In this document: piece by piece, positions 44,921-62,275 of the stretch
Layout: every line of letters begins with the position of its first letter
Position numbering within the stretch: the stretch's first letter is position 1
Assembly (NCBI RefSeq): GCF_009914755.1
Contig: NC_060938.1
Length of the DNA stretch: 64,000 nt
Direction: 5' to 3' (one strand)
Source: the human T2T-CHM13v2.0 reference genome, Homo sapiens
Translations under genes and position numbers: made by a program
Notes under the pieces: model-generated
Databases searched by the model: none
Told to the model about the DNA's origin: nothing
What the model saw: only the letters and a program-made list of their open reading frames with translations

Positions 44921-45522
44921 TTAAATTTTTGTTTTTATTTTTGTTTAGAGACAGGGTCTTGTTCTGCCCAGGCTGAAGTGCAGTGGCACAATCATAGCTG
45001 ACTGCAGCCTCCAACTCCTGGCCTCAAGCAATCCTCCCACCTCTGCCTCCCAAGTAGCTGGGACAACAGGTACATGCTATTGCACATGGCTATTTTTTTT
45101 TCTTTTAAGAAATGTGTTCTTGCTGTGTTGCCCAGGCTGGTCTCGAACTCCTGTCTTTAAGCAATCCTCGTACCTCAGCCTTCCAAAGTACTAGGATTAC
45201 AGGCATGAGCCACCCTGCCCAGCCTATTGCTGTTAATTACTATTATTATTAGGGTTATCATTACTTGATTGAATTAGTGAAATAAACCACTGAAATAATA
45301 TTTATTTTTCTGTAATCCTTTCATCAGAGTTTTGTAAGGGTCTTCCTCAACATGTGGCTATCTCTAGGCTTCTTTCTAGAAACAGAAAGTAGCCCTCCAC
45401 AAGACTACTCTCACTGCAGATGCCAGCCACACTTCAAGGGTCCCTGGGATACCCACGCTTCTGAGTGACTGGCTACAAATTCAGAGCTTCTCATAACCCC
45501 TTCAGGTTTGATAATTCATGAG
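44409..45522. repeat. Inverted repeat pair A: 44409-44540 / 45391-45522 (132 bp)
   Basis: Manual reverse-complement alignment: 8 substitutions, no gaps. Confidence 0.95.
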
Positions 45523-45826
45523 GGCCTTGTGTCCCTACCAAGTTAGCAAAGAAAACCCAGTACAGCAGCAGGCCTTGCCTCAGATGAGCAACAACCATCA
45601 ACAGCCTCCAATTGAAAGGCTCCTACACAAGTGCCCTTACAAAATACACAGGCTTATGACCCCCTCTGAATCTGGAGAAGGAGGAGTTCTATTCAAGCCA
45701 AAGGTGCCCTTGCGCCTGTATTCTGAGGGCTGCTACCATGAAAAACAGTAGGGTCTAGACTCACAAAGTTGCCTTTACCTGGCTAGCCAAGGCATGTGCT
45801 TTATGTCAAAGAGGAATTAACAAGAT
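44596..45826. repeat. Inverted repeat pair B: 44596-44827 / 45604-45826
   Basis: Manual reverse-complement alignment: 10 substitutions and one 9-bp indel. Confidence 0.95.
44926..45224 (-). mobile_element. AluJ
   Basis: Full length; TSD tattgct. Confidence 0.92.
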
Positions 45827-45899
45827 CTAGGCAAGAAAGTTATAGGGAAGATATTTAAAACACGTATATATGGTAGGAAAAACAAAACATTTGATTTAC

Positions 45900-46110
45900 A
45901 GTTTGGCAGGACTATGTTCAAATCTAGTCTTTGCCACCAACCAGCTTTATAACTTGAGGCACATTTTTTATCCCTCTGAATGTGTTTCCCTCTTACATAA
46001 AACTGGATAATAATGAGGCACTCATGAGGTTGTTGGAGGGAAGCAATGAAATGATGCATGTAGAGTGTTTACCATAGTGCCTGGCCCAGAGTGAGTGACT
46101 GAATGCATGT
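45900..46110 (+). mobile_element. MIR
   Basis: gttcaaatctag...ctctgaatgtgtttcc...atagtgcctggccca. Confidence 0.75.
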
Positions 46111-46859
46111 TACTTACCATCTCTTTCCCTTTATGGGGGCACAGTGAGAAAAATCTTCTACTCGCTTACTATTTAAAAAGCCCAGTGCAGAAAGCTTTCT
46201 AGGATCAGATTACCAGTTACTCTTTTCCTGAAAGGCAAGTCTTAGGTTACAGTTTTACTGTAAACATCTTCAAAACACTGCAGGCAGAAAAATCAAGGAG
46301 ATTTGCAGTTCCTAGAAGGATTCATGATATCCCATGAAAGTTCATATTTCAAGGCTGATCTACTACTGGTTGATGGGATTCTCTCATCAGGGGTTTTCTT
46401 TCTCCATGTGGCTTCTTAGAAGATAATCTGACCTTCACAGTTTATTCCCCACAATTTGTCCCTTTACACAGATAGTGTTTTCTATCGCATGAACATTTAG
46501 AGACTATTCCTGTTCAGTATTTGCTGCAGGGAATGGAATTGAACTCTTCCACTAATGAAAAATCTTTTTATTTAGTCAGAACTTTTAACTCTTCTTTCCG
46601 CCTCTCCCCAGTGCTAAAATCCTGCCTGCCAATATTACCAAGGTAGGAATGACTGCAAAGTTCAAAACTGCTTTCAACAGATACCTATTGGTATGGTGTC
46701 ACGGGTAGGTAGGATATGGATCCTTCAGAGGCATGTACTTTGTGTCATGTGCAGTCTATAAGTTGCTGGCCGAGGAAACATCATTAGACTAATACTAATC
46801 AACCAATAATTATGTATTTGTAATTAAGCATGGTTGCAAACATTAACTATAAAAATGTT

Positions 46860-47270
46860 CACTCTAGTATTTTTTAGTGTTCCTACTTCATAAAAAAGGT
46901 AGAAACAAACTAAATGCACAGCCCCTAAAGAATTGGTTAACTCAGTTACTGAATTTATGTGTAATAATAGGTCGCTATTTAGCTATTAAAAATGAAGTTG
47001 TAGAAATACATTTATTAACATATTTACATATTAGCAGTCTAAATGTGCCAAAAAGAAAAGAATAAAATTATGTTGTACAGTCTCATTCTTGCAAAAGAAA
47101 AGTTTATATATTATATATACATATAGACAATGAATATGCCAAGGAAAATAGCTAAAAGGATATGCACTAAAATGCAAGTGATTGAATTACAGTTGAGTTT
47201 TATTTTCTTTTTTCTACAATATAATTTCAGTTTTTTCTATCATGAATATGTATTATTTGCATACATTTTA
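46860..47270 (+). mobile_element. Old L1ME-like 3' fragment
   Basis: agaaacaaactaaatgc...agctattaaaaatgaag...catgaatatgtattattt. Confidence 0.5.
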
Positions 47271-50200
47271 AAAGCTATTATGAGAATAATTATTTCCTGA
47301 TCACCTCACTAGGTTCAGTGAGATGTAAGAAAAGCATAATAAGGCTTCACAGTAAAAAGAGTTTACGTGCTAGAACAGGCAATATATTAGAAGCCTCAGC
47401 CAAACACTAGGGTGCTTACCTCCGTAATAAACTCTCCTGTGTGCGAGATAACCATGGACAAGCCGTATCCCTTTTCTGTACCTCACTTTTTCCATATGGA
47501 AAAGCACAGTGACATTCCACACCTCGATATGATATCACTGAGATTGAGTGTATACCTCTTACATGCTCTGGGTCACAGGAAAAACCCACATACTGTCAGC
47601 ACTCTGGATTTCCATTAGTGATATCAGCCATGGGTTTGTCGGCATATTTATTTAGTATTTCTATTTATTTTGCTATTATTAGATTATGTTCTGGAAATTT
47701 TTCCATGCATCATGGAGAGAGGCTTCTCTGTGGGAAATCTTAAATTGGTAATCATTTCCATCAGGAGCAAAGAAGATGTTTTGCTTTTTGCTTCTCTGTT
47801 AAGGTTGAGGAGATCTTTTATACATCTCTGTACTGTTTGGTTTTGCAGTGCAGGCTTTTCTGAAGCAAAATTTCACAGATAGTATGGCCTCTGATCAGAG
47901 AGCAGGGTAATTCAGCAAAAGGGAAATTAAGAGTTTGCAATGGCTATTTAGTCAGTGTGCAGGCCACTAAAGAGAAAGTAGATTATAAAGTAGAGAAATA
48001 TCGAAAGTTGCAGGTTGATCTTCAGTTTTATAAAGAGTCGTTATAACTTCTACATAAGATTCCACGGTTCAAGAACTCTTAAACCTTTGCAATGTCTAAT
48101 GATATGGAAAAAATACTTATCTAATCATTTAAGAAGAGCAAAGGGTGATTCCTACCAATTGTTTCTTGAAATTAACAGAATAAATCCGACACTGGGTATT
48201 TAAAACTGAATAAATATCAATGTTAATAAGCTTTAAATGGGTTTCCGAGACTCTTCCTGATTAACTGTATCATGCACACTTCTACATCTGGCAGAAAACT
48301 GAAGTACTGAAAATCTTACTCTGAGGTTGTAGATGATCAGTGTCAGGTACTTAATTACGATTCATCTTCAACTCCAATTTAACCATTAATTAAAGTAGGT
48401 ATCCTTGACTTGACATTCAGTGCAAGAAAAGCTCAAAAAGAAAATGTATTACACAATTCTGAAAAGCCACTGCCTGGCTCCTTTATGTGTGTTGCTCACG
48501 GTAGCTATAGCAACCAGTGTTTAAGACAAAAACACACAAAATCAAAGTCCTAGGCTGATGTGACAGCTCTCAAATGGCTTTGTTCTGTGTCTAAGATTTC
48601 CCTTCCTCCTCTTGCATCATATTTCACCCCAAAGCCTTGAATGACTAACGCACCACTTGGGGATGGGCAGACCAATGTTCACAGGAACAAAAGGGAAAAG
48701 GGTGGGCTGGAGACAGGCTGTATTAGGACCACCTGTCCTTTCGGAGAAACTAAAATGTAGATGTCCAGTGCAGCTAGTGAGACTCAGTTCCCTCCGTGTT
48801 CTGCTGGGAAAGAGACTGTTCTGCAACAGCTGTTGCGTTGTGTCGGCAGTGCCTGTCCATCCCCCTCCAGGAGCATAGATGGGGTCAGCCCCTGCATTGC
48901 TCAGCCACAAACTCACCGTAACCTTCCCTGGGCTGAGCATGGGGTGGGAGGGTGGTTTCTATTTCTAGACTAAAAAAGAACAGATGACTTTTCATGTTTA
49001 GTTCTAAGTAAAGAAAGAGGAAGGGAACAGGGTGGGAGAGGGAGCTAGAATTAATACTCTGAGCATTTACAGAAAACAAATTGGGGTAGTGATTTTTATT
49101 TGGGCTTAAACATTTTAGTTAGTATTTCATTTATTATTCTAGCAGATGTGGGCCACACGTTCAAACAGAAAAGTGGTAAATAGAAACTATTCAATTTGGG
49201 CATTCATGTTTTCAACATAAAGGGACATGGACTATTGTATCCAATACTGGCCTAAAATGCTAAAAGCACACTTTTCTAGTATTCTATTAATTGAGAAAAA
49301 TTAGGCCACCTCCAAAATATGGGAAATTATAGACCCCTGAATATCCCTTTTGGAAAACTACATCTGACATTACATTGCAGGGCATATTATCATGGCTGGA
49401 ATATTTTTACACATGTAAACCCTTAATTGAATGACAAACTAATAATTCTCAAGAATTTCTTTAAAGGAAGTTTAATATTTTGGTTGGCAAATGTGCCCAG
49501 AGGAAGTATCACATTAATAATACTTGCTTTTAACACGGTTCATTTCTTTATATAGTCGGAATGCTTTATGGTGGATTAAATCCACAAATTGAAAAGAGAA
49601 TGAATGCACTTGAGCTTTTATGACTTATTCTGTCTAAAGAATACTCTTAAGAAGCACAAAAATAAAACCCTGTCTCATGCCTGAGGGTAAGGTTAAATGA
49701 TTAATGGCTTGAAAAAAAAAGAGAAAGTTACAATATATGTAAGGAAACAATCCATTAATCAGCGATGAGGAGAATAGACAATATTGCTTTGCTAATGAAG
49801 ATCGTAACTGTAGTCTAGCCTTGGACCTACTCAAATTAAGTTGGACCTACATCCAATGATGTGGGGATAAAAAATATAAAAAATTATTATCCATAACACA
49901 AATGCTCAATTTCCTCGGGCTCCCGGGTTCAATCACATATTTGGATGAGTTCTTTGACAGTGCTAAGTAGAGAAATGGCTTGTAGAAAAGAGTTCTAGAA
50001 CTTTCCTAGATGTCTGAAGTGCTGCACATGACATTTATGCCAGAAAAGCTTATTTATTAGTTTCGACCCATGGTCAGTGCCAATGTAAGTAGCGGGTGAG
50101 GTGAGCGAACTAGGAGTCTCATTCTGTTGATCTTACCTGCATTTTTAGTATCAAATCCAAAGGAAAAGCAGCAGCATTTTAAGAGATACAGCTACTGGAA

Positions 50201-50774
50201 ATACTTTATTTCGGTCAATTGGCAGACAAGTATAACGTGATTCCTTAATGCAAAGGGACAGATGCCTCTTAATGTAGCCATTAGCAAAAGAAGGGTATGT
50301 CTTATTGATTGCTATAGCTAAGAAGCATGCTGATAAATACAAAGTTGGCATTTATAAGGCATTATGCCTTGAGCAGTTCAGATATTCACCAGGGTGGAAA
50401 CAGAGAACCAAATCAGGGGTTTCCACTACAAGTGACTTAGGCTGCTTGTCTGGCTCTTCTGACAGCCTTGGTCCAGAAGCAGAGCAACATTATAAATAAA
50501 AAGTACATAAGGGCACTAAGTGCAGGCACAAGGGACTTGGGTGAGCTGGAGAGGGGTTCCTCCTGTTAGGGTACCAAAATTCCCACCAAAGTGAACACCC
50601 TCCCTGTCTTGATCCACCGACAAGCATAGGCTTGGGGTCCAAAGAGATCTGATGTTAAAACATAATTGTTTGAACTGCACAAAGTACTCAATCTCTCTGA
50701 ACCTCAACTTCTCATCTATAAATTAATGGATTTTTTGAGAAATAACAGGTAAAGTATACAAATTGCTTACTTAG

Positions 50775-51156
<382 letters not shown>

Positions 51157-51953
51157 TACATCTCTGTTTTAAACCTACATGGCAATATAAAGGCTGTTCG
51201 TTTGCATATCAATACATTCACTTAACTCAACATTTTATCAGTTGTTTGTCTTTTCTTCCCATATTTCCGCATTTGAAGACAAACCATGAAAAAAGCAGAA
51301 TGGCATGGAGTTATTGTGAGGATAAAAATAGGTAATGCACATAAAGTGCATGGTGGAGGTGAGCATTCATACATCCATTCTCTCCACAAACAATTACTGA
51401 GCACTGGCAATATGTATGTGACTATGCCATACATAGTGGGGCACAAAGGAGAGCTAGAATTGGGTCCCTACATTCAAGCAGTTCACAATCTATGTGGAGT
51501 GGTAACAGGGGTATATTAAAGTATTACAGCAGAGTGGGACACCAAAAATGCTTTCCAAAAAGAGTCAATGCTCGAGTTGAATCTTGAGAGAAAGACAAAT
51601 CAACCAGATTAGGAGTAGGGGAGAGTGGAAAGTGTGTTAAGGGGTTGGATAGGGGTGGGAAGGGAAGAAGTGCCAGGTAAATACAACATACCTAGAGCTT
51701 CTAAAGCACCTTTCAGTTCCCTGCTCTCAAACGTAAGCACCCAGTGATTGCCGCCCTCTGAGGAAAGCTCCCAACATGAAAGACTGAGCCCCAAACATAA
51801 AAACATACCAAAAAAAAAAAAAAAACAACTTTAAGGAGATACAAATAGGGCAAAGAGAACTCTTTAAAAATCATGATTAATATTATAACTGAGATTACGG
51901 AAGATACCATACCCATGAAACAAGAACAGAATGCTATAAAAATTTTAGAGAAC

Positions 51954-52240
51954 GGCCAGGCGCGGTGGCTCATGCCTGTAATCCCAGCGCTTTGGGAGGC
52001 TGAGGCGGGCGGATCACGAAGTCAGGAAGATTGAGATCATCCTGGCTAACACGGTGAAACACTGTCTCTACTAAAAATACAAAAAATTAGCCGGGCATGG
52101 TGGCAGGCACCTGTAATCCCAGCTATTCAGGAGGCTGAGGCAGGAGAATGGCGTGAACCCCGGAGGCGGAGCTTGCAGTGAGCCGAGATGGCGCCACTGC
52201 ACTCCAGCCTGGGCGACAGAGCGAGACTCCGTCTCAAAAA

Positions 52241-52273
<33 letters not shown>
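51954..52273 (+). mobile_element. AluY
   Basis: CpG-rich, long A tail, TSD aaaattt(t)agagaac. Confidence 0.96.
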
Positions 52274-52276
<3 letters not shown>

Positions 52277-52685
52277 AGAGAACAACAACAACAACAAAAG
52301 AGCCTTTGGAAATTAAAATCTTAAGAGCAAAGCCAAGAGAGTTGAGACATGAAGAGAAAAAAACTAAGGGATAAAATAATCTTACTTTTAAGATGGACAA
52401 AACTGAAATCTGTTACTATGTTAAAAATTTTAATTTCCCTTTTGAAGGTTTACAGACAGGAATTATTTCCAGTACCTAAAGCAGGTGACTGTGAGATAAT
52501 TAATGATACCCTTCGGAAGAGGAGGTGCTGAAAAGAGTGAAAAGATAAAAATGAATTTTTATTCGGCAGTTTAGAAAAATTATTGTTTCCCATCCTGTGA
52601 GTGCTGTCAGTGCACAAAAATCATATGACATAAAGTAGGGAGACTCTATTCCTAGTGTTGCATGTGTTAAAGAATGTATATATAT

Positions 52686-53765
<1,080 letters not shown>

Positions 53766-54046
53766 TAAAAAATTTTATTCAACTCATTAAGAGTCAACCA
53801 ATAAGAGATTACAACTGATTCTGAAGACAATTTAAAGTACCACACATTAACAGTGAGGTAAGAAATGCTGAAATGATTTTGAAAAACAGAACTTGGCAAG
53901 TGGATTTTGTTTCCCTTGATTTATAATACCTGAATCTTAAATGAAGCTATAAAGTATGTTAAAATTGTATTAGTGTTTGCACTTACAATAGAGCTGTGAT
54001 TCTTAATTGTATTACCTCTATGTTTATTTTTAAACTTGTTATTGTC

Positions 54047-54531
54047 TATATTAGTCAGGGCTCACCAGAGAAACAGAACCAATAGGCTATATACACACAT
54101 ACACATATGTATAGAAAGAGATTTATTATAAGGAATTTGCTCACACAATTACAGAGGTGAGAAGTCCCACAGCCTGTGGTCTGCAAGCTAGAGACACAGG
54201 AGAGCTGCTGGTATAGTTCAAGTCTGAATCCAAAGGTCTAAGAACTAGGAGAATCCATGGTGTATATTCCAGTCTGAGTGTAGGAGAAGATTAATGTCCT
54301 AGCTCAAAAACAGTCAGGCTAAGAGAATGAATTTGCCTTTACCCCCCTTTTATTCTATTCAGGGCTCCAATAAATTGAATGAGGCCCATCCACATTTGGG
54401 AGGGTAATTTGTTTTATTCAATCTATCAATTCAATTGTTAATCTCATCCAAACATATCTTCACAGACACACAAAATAATGTTTAACCAAGTACTTGGCCC
54501 GGTCCATTTGACACATACAATTAACCATCAT
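54047..54531 (-). mobile_element. MLT2 (ERVL) solo LTR
   Basis: tattagtcagggctcaccagagaaacagaaccaatagg...ttgacacatacaattaaccatca. Confidence 0.85.
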
Positions 54532-54605
54532 ATTCACTTCAATTAAGTAAATACTCAAGGGTTGTTTCTCAAGTATTCATGATCCCATCTTAATTGAAAA
54601 GCCAA

Positions 54606-55026
<421 letters not shown>

Positions 55027-55509
55027 AGGGCAAATCTCCTTTGACAACTTTCCGATTTTTGCCTTCCCCCAAAATGGATGATCCCTTGATAAGGCTGTCA
55101 ATTAGGTAAATTATTCTTCAGCTCCTTCCTGTCATATCCTAATTTGTATTTTTTCTAGTGTCACAGCCCCTCTCAAAGACCCAACACCAGAACGTGCATG
55201 GCTAATTGGCCAAGGTATTCCTTTAGCCAAGCAAAATCAAATGCTAAAGATATTTTCTTCTCATCCATCAAACCCATCTATCCTGTGTCTCCTTTCCTAG
55301 AATTTGTTATCTTTTAATCTGAAACTTATTTCATGTTACAGAATTATGTCCTTTCCCAGGTATCATTTGCATTTTAACAGTGAAAACATAATATATATTT
55401 AAATATTGAGCACATATTGAGTACAATTTTATGTTGGGCATTATGCTCTACCTCCATCATCATACATGGTCAATTTCTGGATTCAGGAAGCTTACATTCT
55501 ATTACATTA

Positions 55510-55856
<347 letters not shown>

Positions 55857-56125
55857 TTAAAGTCCCAGAACTCCTTAACTTGATATTCAATTGATTTCAA
55901 CAATGGTGTCAAGACAATTCAATGGGGGAAATAATAGTGTTATCAAGAAATGGTACTAGGACAACTGAATATTCACATTCAGAAGAATGAAGGAGAAGAA
56001 TGAAGTTGGACCCCTACCTCACACCACACTCAAAAATTAACTAAAAATTAATCAAAGACCTAAATGTAAGAGCTAACACTATAAAACTCTTAGAAGAAAC
56101 CATGAAGTAAATCTTCATTACCTTG

Positions 56126-56511
56126 TGTTATAGACTTAATTGTGTTCCCCTCCAACTTTGTATGTTGAAGCCTTGATTCCCAATATGACTACATTTGGAG
56201 ATACGGTCTTGAAGGAGGTGATTAAAGTTAAATGAAGTCATGAAGGTAGTGCCCTTATCTAATAGGACTGACATCTTTATAAGAAGAAGAAAGGGCATGA
56301 GAGCTATCTCTCTCATCACACACACAGAGGAAAGGTCATGTGAGAAGGTAGCCATCTAGAAGTCCAAAAGAGAGGCCTTACCAGAAACCAATTCTGCTGG
56401 CACTTTAGTTCTTGGACTTTTAGCCTCCAGAACTGTGAAAAAATAAATTTCTGTTGTTTAAGCCACACAGTATTTAGTATTTTGTTGTGGCAGCCAGAGC
56501 AGACTAATATA
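56126..56511 (+). mobile_element. MaLR solo LTR (MST/MLT1A-like)
   Basis: tgttatagacttaattgtgttcccc...cctccagaactgtgaaaaaataaatttctgttgtttaagcca...gactaatata; perfect TSD ccttg. Confidence 0.88.
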
Positions 56512-57019
56512 CCTTGGGTTAAGCAATGATTTAGATATACAACACCAAAAGCATATGCAACCAAAGAAAAATAGGTAAATTGGACTTCACTAAAATTAAA
56601 TATTTTTGTGCTTCAAAAGATGCCATCAAGAAAGTGAAAGATAACCCAAGCAATGGGAGAAGATATTTGAAAATCATATATCTGAGAAGGGACTTGTATC
56701 CAGAATATATAAAGAACTTTTGAATAGACATTTCTCCAAAGACATACAAATGGCCACTAAATATAAGAAAAGATGCTTAACCTTCTTAAATCATTAGGGA
56801 AATGCAAATCAAAACCCTAATGAGATACCTTATCACACAATCTAAGATAGCTACAATTTTAAAAATACAATTTAAAAAATTGTTATTTAAAAATAATATA
56901 AACAACTGTTGGGGAGGATATGGAAAAATTGGAACCCTCATACACTGCTGATAGGAGTGTAAAATGGTACAGCCACTTTGGAAAACAGTTTGGCACTTAA
57001 GCATAGAGTGACTATATGA

Positions 57020-57426
<407 letters not shown>

Positions 57427-57937
57427 CCAGCATTGTTCATAACAGTTAAAAAGTAGAAACCTCCCCAATGTCCATCAACTGATGAGTGGATAAAAGTAAT
57501 GTAGTATATCCATACAGCAGAATATTATTCAGCCATAAAAAGGGATAAAGTATTGATACATGCTAAAATATGGATGAAACTTGAAAACATTATGCTAAAT
57601 GAAAGAAGCCAGTCACAAAGACCACATATTGTATGTTTCCATTTATGTGAAATGTCCAGAATAGCCAAAACTGTAGACAAAAAAAGTAAATTAGTAGTTG
57701 CCAGGGGTTAAGGGGAATGGACAATGAGGACTGACTGCTAAAGGGGTATAGGGTATTTTTTAGGAGTGATGAAATGTTCTAAAATTAGCTTGTGGTGAGA
57801 GTTGCATAACTAGGAATATACTAAAAGTCACTGAATGATACACTTTAAGTGGATGAATTTTAAGGTATGCAAAATATATCTCAATAAAGCTAAATATATG
57901 TACATACAATATGTATCATGATAATATGTAATAATAA

Positions 57938-58230
<293 letters not shown>

Positions 58231-58997
58231 TTTAACATTTTTTTTACAATAAAAATGCATTTTGAGATTAGAAATAAAAGTTCTTTAAAATAAAAGAGAA
58301 AGAAAATATTATGGAACTATATTAATATTTAAATACCTAAAAATTTAAAAATATATAGATATAATAAAACTTCCAAAAACAAAGTTAAAAGAGGAGTCAA
58401 ACTGGAAAGATATTCATAAATTATATGACAGTGGGTAAATAAGAAAAAGAATACCCCAATATAAAAGTTGGCTAAAGTAATGAACTGTGATATATATAAA
58501 AGAAGAAATGTGAAGGTATTTTTTAATAGAAAAACTACTTAACCTTGCCAGTACTCAAAGACATGAAAAAATTAAAGTAATTTACACTTTGTACTTGTTG
58601 GATGAGCAAAGATTAAAGTGAATAATCCAGAGTTGTGTGAGAGTCTGGAAAATGGATTATTTATCATGGTTTTGACAAGATAAATACAGTATAAACGGTT
58701 ACAAAATTTTGGGATGGAAATTTCCAACTATATTCTGAAAGCCTTAAAATATAGCCTTTGACCAGTTGAGAATTTTTTTCTAAGAATACAATCAGATAAT
58801 TGTACATAGTGTATGTTTAGCTAACAAAGATTGAAAAGATGCTTCCCTACACTACTAATCTGAGAAACTCCAATCAAAACAATATGCTATCTTTCATCCA
58901 TAAGACTGTCAAAAATTATAAGTTTTTCCAATGTCAAGCACTGGCAAGATTCTGAAAATACAGATATATTTTGGTGTTTGAAAGCTAAATTGGTATA

Positions 58998-59322
58998 CAG
59001 TAGTCCCCCTTTATCTGTGAGGGATACGTTCCAAGACCCTCAGTGGATGCCTGAAACCTTTGATCATACCAAATCCTATATATACTGTTTTTTCCTCTAT
59101 GTACATACTATACAGCATGGATACACTGGACAAAGAGACAATTCATGTCTCAGGTGGGAAGGAGTGGGACAGTGCAAGATTTTATCATGCTACTCAGAAC
59201 GATGCACAATTTAAAACTTAAGAATTATTTCTGGAATTTTCCATTTAATATTTTCAGACTGAGGTTGACTGTGGGTAACTGAAACCACAGAAAATGAAAC
59301 CACAGATAAAGGGGAATGACTT
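58998..59322 (-). mobile_element. MER44-like TcMar-Tigger MITE within old L1ME fragments (~58240-60000)
   Basis: TA|cagtagtccccctttatc TIR, far end gataaaggggaatgactt|TA; internal tttctggaattttccatttaatattttc. Confidence 0.8.
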
Positions 59323-60093
59323 TACTCCCTTTGGAAGACAAATTTGACACTGCCTATTAAAAAAATACTAAATATACTCTGTAACTCAATAATTCTACTT
59401 TTGGGTGTCTAACCTAGAAAAAAATATACACACTCACAAAGAAAAGCATATAAACACATGCATGTTCATGTATTATTTGTAATGGAAAAAAACAGGGGGC
59501 AGCCTAAATTTCCACATGTAAGAGACAAATAAGAGATATGAAGTCATACAATAAAGGAATGAATTACATATATGTCTAACTACATGGGAATGGATCTCAA
59601 AAAAATTTCTGAATGGGAAAAGCAAACTGCAGGATCATATTTGCAGAACAACATCACTTATGTAAAAAACACAAGGCATTAGTAAATGTTTTTGATACAT
59701 ATATAATATAAATGTATAAAAGTGGGTTGCACTATGTACCAACTCAGTTATTTCCTCTGAAGAGAGAAGGGAGGGGACCAGAATAGTAAGTGGTGGCCAA
59801 AGGGAATTTTCATTTTACCTGGAACAGTCTCACCTTTTTTTTAAAAAAAAGAAAAAAGAAAAAATATTTGTATATTTTTATATGTTTTAAAAGAAGAATA
59901 TTTGTATATTTTTATGTATGAAAAGACTGGGAAATGATGTGTTGAAACATTGGCAGTCATTAATTCTGGGCAGTGGAAAATGAGTGTTGTTAGTTTCTGC
60001 TTCTACATTTTTGTTTATTAAAAATCCAAGCTCATCACCCAGAGATGCATATGAAGAATCTTTACCACAGCCTTGTTAATAAAAAGAAAAGGA

Positions 60094-60213
60094 GGCCAGA
60101 TGCAGTGGCTCATGCCTATAATCCCAGCACTTTTGCTTGAGCCCAGGGGTTCGAGACCAGTCTGGGCAACACAGTGAGACCCTGTCTCTATAAAAAAAAG
60201 AAAACAAAAGAAA
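60094..60213 (+). mobile_element. FLAM/Alu left monomer with deletion
   Basis: Left arm plus A-rich tail. Confidence 0.85.
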
Positions 60214-60259
60214 ATTTAAAACAACTTAAAAGTTCCAAAATAGAATGTTAATTAAATTA

Positions 60260-60655
<396 letters not shown>

Positions 60656-61496
60656 TTAAAAAAGCAAATGCAAACAGAATTTATGTTAGGAATCCATTTT
60701 TGTGAAAAGCAAACATTTCCAAGTGATGTGCCCGTGGGTAACTTCCTTTATGCATATACTTGCAGCACATAGTTCAGACTAGCCACATTTCAAGGGCTTC
60801 TCTGAAGAGAGCCTCACTAATTAAGTAATAAAGTTAATCAAAGAAATAAACAGTCTATCGAGAATAGGGAAACAAGAGAAGTCGATATTAAACCTAGTAT
60901 CACCCTAGGTGATATTCAATGTTTTAATTTAGCTTCTGTAAATTCCTTTCATTATCATTTTAAAAACCTGTCTAGCAACGGCTTTTCCCATGGAGACACA
61001 GAATTTCATGTTGCCAAATGGAACTTTCTGATGAGCAAAAATAATCTGAGACAAAATTTCCTACTAAAATGCAAGTGATTTGTTGTGCTACCTCCTCATA
61101 TGAGACAGCTGACAACACAGAGCAACAAGTTCCAGGTATAGGAACCTGAGTTCTAGTCCTCACCAGTTATTTCTAAATGACAGAGAGCCAGACCTCCTTC
61201 CCCAGAATGACCTAGAGTGCTTGTTAAAAATAAAGCTTCACATGGGGCCTGACTCTCAGGATGTGCTAGGTCCTGGCACACACAGATTCCTATGCACACT
61301 AAAATTTGAAATGCTGTGTGAAACGCCAGGCCTAGGCCCATCAAATGGGTGATGAGCATGCTAGGACATGGATCAAACTCCCTAGAATGCAGAGAATGCC
61401 TCTGATCCATCATAAAGAAAGTCTGCTTCTGACAAAGGACCCTCTTCAGTCTTAATGCACCTTAAGATGATAACAAGCATGGCTAAACGGCCTCTA

Positions 61497-61826
<330 letters not shown>

Positions 61827-61967
61827 GGTTTTCACTATCCCTTTCCTGCCTGCGGCCAATTTCTGGCTATAGGAGGTGGTGATAGAACAAGAAAGTGAAG
61901 TGCTCCATCCTCAGTAAATGTGAGCAGAGGTACACACGGAGCACCCTCTGGGGTGGAATGTTCTAGA

Positions 61968-62275
61968 CTTGCATTGCTCCCTCTGGTACCCACTGGCCAC
62001 ATAAAGTTATTGGGCACTTGAAATGTGGCTAGTCTGAACTGATACGTGCTACAAGTATAAAAAACAAACTGATGTTGAAGACTTAGTAAAAAAAAAAAGT
62101 GTAAATGATTTCATTATTTTAAAATTGATTGTGTGTTGAAGTAATATTGTTATGTATCTGTTTAAATATATTATTAAAATAGATTTCTTCTGTTTCTTTG
62201 TACTTTTTAAACATGACTACTAGAGAATCTTGAAGTACACATGTGGCGGCTTGTATTATATTTCTGACAGCAATC
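61968..62275. mobile_element. MER33-like hAT-Charlie relic
   Basis: cactggccacat...gcacttgaaatgtggctagtctgaactga...gaagacttagt...acatgtggc. Confidence 0.75.
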
